From an uncultured Gammaproteobacteria bacterium (GTDB lineage Bacteria > Patescibacteriota > Microgenomatia > Daviesbacterales > UBA10151), in assembly GCA_964547465.1 (NCBI GenBank), contig CAZJNI010000002.1:6043-70042 (forward strand): DNA of 64,000 nt, given 5' to 3'. The notes under the pieces were generated by a model. The model made no database searches. It was not told where the DNA came from and saw only the letters and a program-made list of their open reading frames with translations. Shown here piece after piece: positions 58,984-64,000 of this stretch. Numbering within the stretch: the first letter of the stretch is position 1; each line of letters begins with the position of its first letter. The translations under genes were made by a program, and so were the position numbers.

Positions 58984-59475
58984 ATGAAAAAGTTTATAGT
59001 TCAGTTTGTTTTTTTAATAATTGTAATAGGTATAGCTTTAGTTTTCTTTGGTCCCACAGGCGGAGGTAAAAATTTTGAGATCCCTTTCATACCTCAAAGA
59101 ACAACTTTGCAAACTCTGGAAATTGGGGCAAATAAAATTCAGGTAGAGGTTGCAGATACACAGGGTGAAAGAAGCAAAGGTTTGGGAGGCAGACAAAATT
59201 TAGCGCAAGATCAGGGAATGCTATTTATTTTCGATCATCCTGATAAATACCCATTTTGGATGAAGGGCTTAAGTTTTTCACTGGATTTTATTTGGATAAA
59301 AGGAAACCTGGTGGTTGATATTTTGCCAAATGTTCCACCACCGGTTGAAGGACAAGCAGACTCATCCTTACCTATTTACCAGCCAAAAGTTGAGATAGAT
59401 AAGGTTTTAGAGGTAAATGCAGGTACTGCTCAAAGATTAAATATAAAAGTGGGGGACACAATAAGTATAAAGTAA
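58984..59475 (+). CDS. DUF192 (COG1430) family secreted protein
   Basis: GLGGRQNLAQDQGMLFIFD...PFWMKGLSFSLDFIWI matches the DUF192 pattern. N-terminal signal peptide. Confidence 0.65.
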   Translation: MKKFIVQFVFLIIVIGIALVFFGPTGGGKNFEIPFIPQRTTLQTLEIGANKIQVEVADTQGERSKGLGGRQNLAQDQGMLFIFDHPDKYPFWMKGLSFSLDFIWIKGNLVVDILPNVPPPVEGQADSSLPIYQPKVEIDKVLEVNAGTAQRLNIKVGDTISIK

Positions 59476-59524
59476 AAAATTCTAAGTAGAAAATTTTTTT
59501 CTTTTTACTTTTGACTTTGAACTT

Positions 59525-61048
59525 ATGATCGAAATACTGCCTATAAGATTACTGATTCCGGAAGACAGCCAAATTTTTGGTAAAATGGCTGTTTCTTTGG
59601 GGAAACTTCACAGAGCTGGATTGGCTGTGGCTTCTGGTGTGGTGGTGACTCCCCCGCTTTTAAAGCTGAAAACTGTTTTGGAACATTATGATTTTAAATC
59701 TAAAGAAGTTTTTGAACAGTCCTTAACTTTAGTAAAAAAAGAGATCAAGTCAATTCCTATACCTGATCTTTTAACTCGCGAGCTAGGCAAACATCACCAT
59801 TTTTTAGTTAATGAAAAGATTTTCAAATCTGTTAAGGAAGTTTGGATTGCTCTTTTAGATACCTGGTTGGAAGAAATTAAAGACAGACTTTGGAAAGAAG
59901 GGTTTCAGCAGGGGATGACTGAAAACCTGGAACCCCAGATTATTATTTTTATAAAAAAGATGGAAAGTTTAGGTTTAGCATATTTTGATAATCTGGCAGA
60001 TGACACAGTGATAAATGTTAAAGAAGGTAAGCTACATCCAAATGATTTAAAAAAATTGGATGAGTTGGTTAGGGAAGCGAATAAAAAATTATTTATCCCC
60101 CACCAGTATGAGTGGATGGTAGATGGAGGAGTAAAGTTGATTGGGATAAAGCCTTATACTCCAAGTCCGGATATGTCTACCTATCCCATACCAAACGTGG
60201 ACTCATCGCCCAAGGGCATGGGTAAAGAAATATATAAAGAGCTTTTGCCAAACGAAGCGAGAAGTACTATTAAAGTCTTCTTAGATTTATCATCAGGGTT
60301 AGTAGTAGAAAGAGAGGTTGACGGGGTTTATATTGCTTCTGAAAAAATATTTGATTTAAATAAAACTCAAGATTCTTTTGAAAATTTGGTTTTTAAAATT
60401 GTGGAAGCTGCCATAACTTTTCCAGACTCTCCGGTTTTGGTAAAGCTGGCAGATAAATCTGAAGGAATGGGTAAGGTAAGAGGAACTTTGCGGCTTTTGC
60501 ATCAGAAAAATTTATTTGATCCAATTGTCGATGCTCTGGATTTTGCCAGACACAAAAAAGCTCTGACCAATGTTCACATTGTGGTGCCATTTATCAGAGG
60601 AGTAAATGAGTTACTTCAGATCAAACGCGAGCTGGCAGTGAAAAAGTTATCAAGAAAAAATTCTTTGCAGCTTTGGATGGAAGTTTGCACCCCGGAAAAT
60701 ATAATAAATCTGGAAGATTATTTAATGGTAGGACTGGATGGGGTAGTCCTAAACTTAGATGAGCTAGTGTCTTTCTTAAATGGTTTTGACAATAGTGAAG
60801 GGGAATTAATTGCTTATAAAAATGAACTAAGTGGTTTATTAAAATTTTTGGAGGATGGATTAAAGTTGCTTCATAAATCCAAGATTCCTTTTATAGCCTA
60901 CGGAAGTTTAAGTTTATATCCACAGGTTCTGGAATTTTTAGTGGAAAAGGGAGTTTATGGAGTGGTGGTAGAGCGCTATGAAGCTCCTTCTGCAAAAGAG
61001 TTCTTACATCAGGTAGAGAGAAGATTAATTTTACGAAGAGTATCCTAG
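59525..61048 (+). CDS. Protein with an N-terminal PPDK_N-like ATP-grasp (PEP-utilizer N-domain) and no obvious phosphohistidine domain
   Basis: FGKMAVSLGKLHRAGLAVASGVVVTP start and YEWMVDGGVKLIGIKPYTP end-motif of the PPDK_N type. The remaining ~290 aa are unassigned. Confidence 0.4.
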   Translation: MIEILPIRLLIPEDSQIFGKMAVSLGKLHRAGLAVASGVVVTPPLLKLKTVLEHYDFKSKEVFEQSLTLVKKEIKSIPIPDLLTRELGKHHHFLVNEKIFKSVKEVWIALLDTWLEEIKDRLWKEGFQQGMTENLEPQIIIFIKKMESLGLAYFDNLADDTVINVKEGKLHPNDLKKLDELVREANKKLFIPHQYEWMVDGGVKLIGIKPYTPSPDMSTYPIPNVDSSPKGMGKEIYKELLPNEARSTIKVFLDLSSGLVVEREVDGVYIASEKIFDLNKTQDSFENLVFKIVEAAITFPDSPVLVKLADKSEGMGKVRGTLRLLHQKNLFDPIVDALDFARHKKALTNVHIVVPFIRGVNELLQIKRELAVKKLSRKNSLQLWMEVCTPENIINLEDYLMVGLDGVVLNLDELVSFLNGFDNSEGELIAYKNELSGLLKFLEDGLKLLHKSKIPFIAYGSLSLYPQVLEFLVEKGVYGVVVERYEAPSAKEFLHQVERRLILRRVS

Positions 61049-61063
61049 GGTGTCAATCTATAT

Positions 61064-61813
61064 TCACCCCAGGGGTGTCCAAATTACAGGGGTGTCCAAA
61101 TTAAATAGTAGGGTATATTCTCCTTTGGGTCTGCCAGCTGGCAGATTTAGGGTTTCCAGCCAGTTACTAATAGTTTTCTTTTCCACACTTTGGTGAATTT
61201 TAGTTAATTCTTTTGCCAAAACTACTTCTATATCCCCAAAAACTTCTTTCATATTTTCCAGGGTTCTGAAAAGTTTATGTGGTGAAACAAACATTATATA
61301 TGTAGCTTTCATATTTTCATTATCTTCGCGGTCGCGAATAATTTGAAATAATTTTAATCTGTGGCCTGGTTTTTCCGGAGGATAACCTAGAAAGAAAAAT
61401 TTATCAGGTGGAAGACCGGAAAGTGTGAGGGCTGTAATAACAGAAGATGGGCCAGGAAGAGAGTCTACCTCAATCCCCTGGTGGATACACTCTCTGACTA
61501 ATTTATATCCAGGATCAGAGATAAGTGGAGTACCAGCATCAGAAACTAGAGCCAGGTTTTCACCAGACTTAAGTCTTTCTATAATTGCTGGAAAAGATTT
61601 AAATTCGTTGTAGTCATTTAGCACGATGAGCTGTTTATTAATTGGATTCCCGCCTTCGCGGGAATGACGGGAGAAAATTTTGTAATGATTTAAAAGGAGA
61701 GATGTCCTTCTGGTATCTTCACAAATTATTCCGTCCACGTTTTTTAAAACTTCAAGCGCTCTTAAGGTAATATCCCCTAAATTACCAATTGGGGTTGCAA
61801 TAATGTATAGCAT
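61064..61813 (-). CDS. rsmI: 16S rRNA (cytidine1402-2'-O)-methyltransferase RsmI
   Basis: MLYIIATPIGNLGDITLRALEVLKNVDGIICEDTRRT is the tetrapyrrole-methylase-like RsmI N-terminus. Confidence 0.8.
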   Translation of the reverse strand: MLYIIATPIGNLGDITLRALEVLKNVDGIICEDTRRTSLLLNHYKIFSRHSREGGNPINKQLIVLNDYNEFKSFPAIIERLKSGENLALVSDAGTPLISDPGYKLVRECIHQGIEVDSLPGPSSVITALTLSGLPPDKFFFLGYPPEKPGHRLKLFQIIRDREDNENMKATYIMFVSPHKLFRTLENMKEVFGDIEVVLAKELTKIHQSVEKKTISNWLETLNLPAGRPKGEYTLLFNLDTPVIWTPLG

Positions 61814-61833
61814 ACGCTAAAAAATGAAGAAGC

Positions 61834-62313
61834 TTATCTTGTGACTGAAACTGGAGGAGTAATCATGCTTGGGGCTGTCACAGTTACTCTTCCACTTGAG
61901 TCCTTTTTAATGTTATATCCGGTTACATTAAGCGCCGGATCTTCATTACAAGTAGTAATTTCTGTGCCATTATTTACCCCTGGGTCTACTGGTAAAGCAG
62001 ATATATAAGTTGTCACAAGATCTGTACAAATCATTCCAGCATCTTTATCTGTGTCTGTAATTCCTGGAAGACTTCCTCTGTTATTTGCGGCGAATGCTCC
62101 GACTGCATTTAAAATTGCATTAATGTCATTTCGTCTTTTGGTATCATCTGCTTGACCGAATTGTTTAGATGGATTAATGGCAATTAAGACAATTGAAAGA
62201 AGTACTGCTAAAATTCCAATAACAACCAGCAGTTCAATTAATGTAAAACCTTTTTGTTTTATTTTCGGTACTAAATTTAGCATATTCTGACCCTTATTAT
62301 GCCATAAAAACAT
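61834..62313 (-). CDS. Type IV pilin / pseudopilin (prepilin N-terminal methylation domain)
   Basis: KGFTLIELLVVIGILAVLLSIV is the class III signal and hydrophobic alpha-1 helix. Confidence 0.8.
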   Translation of the reverse strand: MFLWHNKGQNMLNLVPKIKQKGFTLIELLVVIGILAVLLSIVLIAINPSKQFGQADDTKRRNDINAILNAVGAFAANNRGSLPGITDTDKDAGMICTDLVTTYISALPVDPGVNNGTEITTCNEDPALNVTGYNIKKDSSGRVTVTAPSMITPPVSVTR

Positions 62314-62326
62314 TACTTGTCAAGAA

Positions 62327-63118
62327 CTATTTTGTTGGAGTAATTTTTGCCGAAGGGGTAGCTGACTCCGATGCTTGCGGGTTGGGTGTAACTGCTTGTT
62401 GGCGAGTGTAAACTGTGGGAGTTAATGAGGGTTTTGATTGTGGACCTAGAAATCTATTGTATGAAAAAATAAAAAGGATTATTAGTAAGATTACAAAAAT
62501 ACCTGTTAGTATAACCAGCCTGGTATTTTTAAAAGAAGACATATAATTGGTATAGGATCTTTCCCGGTTTTCTGAACTAGAAATAAGACTATACTGTTTT
62601 ATTATATTAGTTTTATTAAGAAGTGCAAGCAGGGAAAATTCATCCTTGAGTTTGGGAATTATTTCCTCAAGTGTAGATACAGAAGTTATTGCTAAAACGC
62701 TAAATCCTTCTTCTTCAAATATATTATTGATTTCCTGGCAGAAGTTTTTATTTACTACTATAATTTTTTCTTTTTTTTGGATCTTGAAAGTTTTACTCTG
62801 TGTTTCTTCAAAAGGGACAATATCTAAAAACTTATTGATTTCGCTGTGTCGATCAGAGGCAGGTATACCTGAAATATCTTTTTCAAAGGTGGTATTTTTG
62901 CCAAGCAAAATAAAGACATTCATAGGCTCTATCTTTTTATTTTTTAAAAATTCCCGGATAAATTCTGTTAATTTTTCTGTACTAACTATTTCCAAATGAG
63001 AAAAAGCATTTTTCGGGATATCCAGCTCTAAGGATTTGGATTTCGGGACATTTGTTAAAAATAGTCCTTTATTTTTATCTATATAAAACAAAGCTTCGCT
63101 CTTTTTAGAAAAATTCAT
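62327..63118 (-). CDS. Hypothetical bitopic protein in the pilin cluster (cytoplasmic N-domain, one TM near the C-terminus, Pro/Thr-rich tail)
   Basis: ORF track. TM segment LVILTGIFVILLIILFIF. Genomic context only. Confidence 0.35.
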   Translation of the reverse strand: MNFSKKSEALFYIDKNKGLFLTNVPKSKSLELDIPKNAFSHLEIVSTEKLTEFIREFLKNKKIEPMNVFILLGKNTTFEKDISGIPASDRHSEINKFLDIVPFEETQSKTFKIQKKEKIIVVNKNFCQEINNIFEEEGFSVLAITSVSTLEEIIPKLKDEFSLLALLNKTNIIKQYSLISSSENRERSYTNYMSSFKNTRLVILTGIFVILLIILFIFSYNRFLGPQSKPSLTPTVYTRQQAVTPNPQASESATPSAKITPTK

Positions 63119-63120
63119 TA

Positions 63121-63504
63121 TTAGATTTCCTTCCAGGAGGAAATAGTGATCTTACCATCAGTATACACTGTTTGAATACGGATTTTCCTGTTGGCAGTCA
63201 CGGCAGTCCCGGCTCTACCAGTAGATACTATAGTTCCAGCTACACTGTCTATTTCAACTGTTGCATCAATTCCTTCTGTGATATCATATGAACCTGAATA
63301 GTTTGGGTCACGCAAACGGCGCAAAAGTCCATCTTCTGCCCCAGCTTCGCCGGCGTAGTAAGCCTCAAGGCCCAGTTCACTGTTTGTTGTTGAAAGATTA
63401 TTTGTAAAAACCACAGATACAGCAGCAGTGATAATTATTACAGCAATTACTGTAAAAAATATTAATGTTATTAAAGCTTGTCCTTTTTCAGTATTTTTTT
63501 TCAT
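63121..63504 (-). CDS. Minor pilin-like protein (PilX-N-like hydrophobic N-terminus)
   Basis: MKKNTEKGQALITLIFFTVIAVIIITAAV resembles the PilX/pseudopilin N-terminus. Lies between two pilin genes. Confidence 0.45.
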   Translation of the reverse strand: MKKNTEKGQALITLIFFTVIAVIIITAAVSVVFTNNLSTTNSELGLEAYYAGEAGAEDGLLRRLRDPNYSGSYDITEGIDATVEIDSVAGTIVSTGRAGTAVTANRKIRIQTVYTDGKITISSWKEI

Positions 63505-63510
63505 AAAACG

Positions 63511-64000
63511 CTACCTTGTACCGATTGTTGTCTGGAATGTTTCAGTCTGATTGTTCCCGCCTGTTTTTATAACTTTACTTTTAATAATAAAGCTGACTTG
63601 AACTGTATTATTTGTACCTCCGGAAATGCCGAGTGTTGTAAAGTTGAGATTAGAAATTGTGGTATCTGCGCTATTTAATTGATCAACTGTGGGGTTTGTA
63701 ATCAGCAAATTATTATTCCCATCAAGTGAATAAGTATAGTTTGTTCCGTCAACAATAATTTGTAGAGAAGCAGCTGAATTGCCAATAGCTGGACTAACAA
63801 TTGAGCTAGCCCGGTGAATATCATAGGAAAGTCTGGAGGTAATAAATCTGCCATCCTGGGTGACACTGGAAGTGGCTTCAGACTCCAGTTTTACATCCAA
63901 AATAGAACCAAAAAACCGCATTAAGGTAACCAGCAAAATAGAAAAAATTCCCATATACAAAAGCATTTCTACAAGACTGAAGCCACGTTCATGTGATAAA
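63511..64000 (-). CDS. Type IV pilin-like protein, 5'-partial (start lies beyond the window end)
   Basis: Extending the frame past the annotated Met gives ...HERGFSLVEMLLYMGIFSILLVTL, i.e. a G/FSLVE prepilin cleavage motif. No stop before nt 64000. Confidence 0.7.
   Translation of the reverse strand, partial: LSHERGFSLVEMLLYMGIFSILLVTLMRFFGSILDVKLESEATSSVTQDGRFITSRLSYDIHRASSIVSPAIGNSAASLQIIVDGTNYTYSLDGNNNLLITNPTVDQLNSADTTISNLNFTTLGISGGTNNTVQVSFIIKSKVIKTGGNNQTETFQTTIGTR

Noticed and set aside
1-64000. CRISPR arrays and rRNA genes
   Set aside because: No regularly spaced direct repeats with unique spacers and no rRNA-like conserved stretches were seen anywhere in the window.

Overview
This is a low-GC, gene-dense bacterial segment whose gene content resembles a reduced-genome lineage such as the CPR/Patescibacteria; that lineage assignment is an inference. 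All calls are from reading the sequence and the ORF track; no database searches were run.

Backbone genes, in order:
- Sugar transferase and a possible DUF4012-like protein (12-2545), then RecO and glycyl-tRNA synthetase.
- A compact division/cell-wall (dcw) cluster (5.9-23.2 kb): mraZ, rsmH, ftsL-like, ftsI, a Mur ligase, short murB-like, murA, murF-like, mraY, ftsW, murG, ftsQ-like, ftsA, ftsZ. It is interrupted by an SDR oxidoreductase, a PaaX-like regulator, a small epimerase and an IS200/RayT-type HUH transposase.
- IleS, a second SEDS protein, L21 and L27, ParB, signal peptidase I.
- A surface-glycan cluster (32.6-43.2 kb): Wzx flippase, methyltransferase, GT1, Wzy-like protein, three GT-C-type membrane proteins (one TPR-fused, TMTC-like), an Ig-like protein and a LysM protein, with tRNA-Gly and tRNA-Thr interspersed.
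- tRNA-Asp, PolX, LemA, HtpX, a PIN-domain pair, gatCAB with an extra coupled small ORF, DnaE, L19, YraN, a nucleotide-sugar dehydrogenase, Nudix, tRNA-Glu and tRNA-Lys.
- CvpA-CAP, a secreted SNase-type nuclease, DUF192, a PPDK_N-only protein, RsmI, and a type IV pilin cluster that runs off the window end.

Main second-look items:
1. A tRNA-Val-associated accessory patch (29.4-32.5 kb). It holds a degenerate tRNA-Val 5'-half copy with a hairpin inserted in the D-loop, a small GIY-YIG protein abutting the intact tRNA-Val, an ECF-sigma factor fused to a duplicated region-4 / 'FLGRWYTTDE' module, a relic of a PEP-utilizer ATP-grasp gene, and a KilA-N protein.
2. A family of related hairpins (GATACGTTYA...TRAACGTATC) at three or more loci.
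3. A 5-copy heptanucleotide repeat inside a membrane-protein gene, which could act as a phase-variation switch.
4. A duplicated murA 5' end forming a 28-codon upstream ORF overlapping the murB-like stop.
5. A toggle-like structured spacer between gatC and gatA.
6. A 22-nt palindrome-containing sequence shared between recO and the 3' end of rsmI.

No CRISPR array or rRNA gene was seen.
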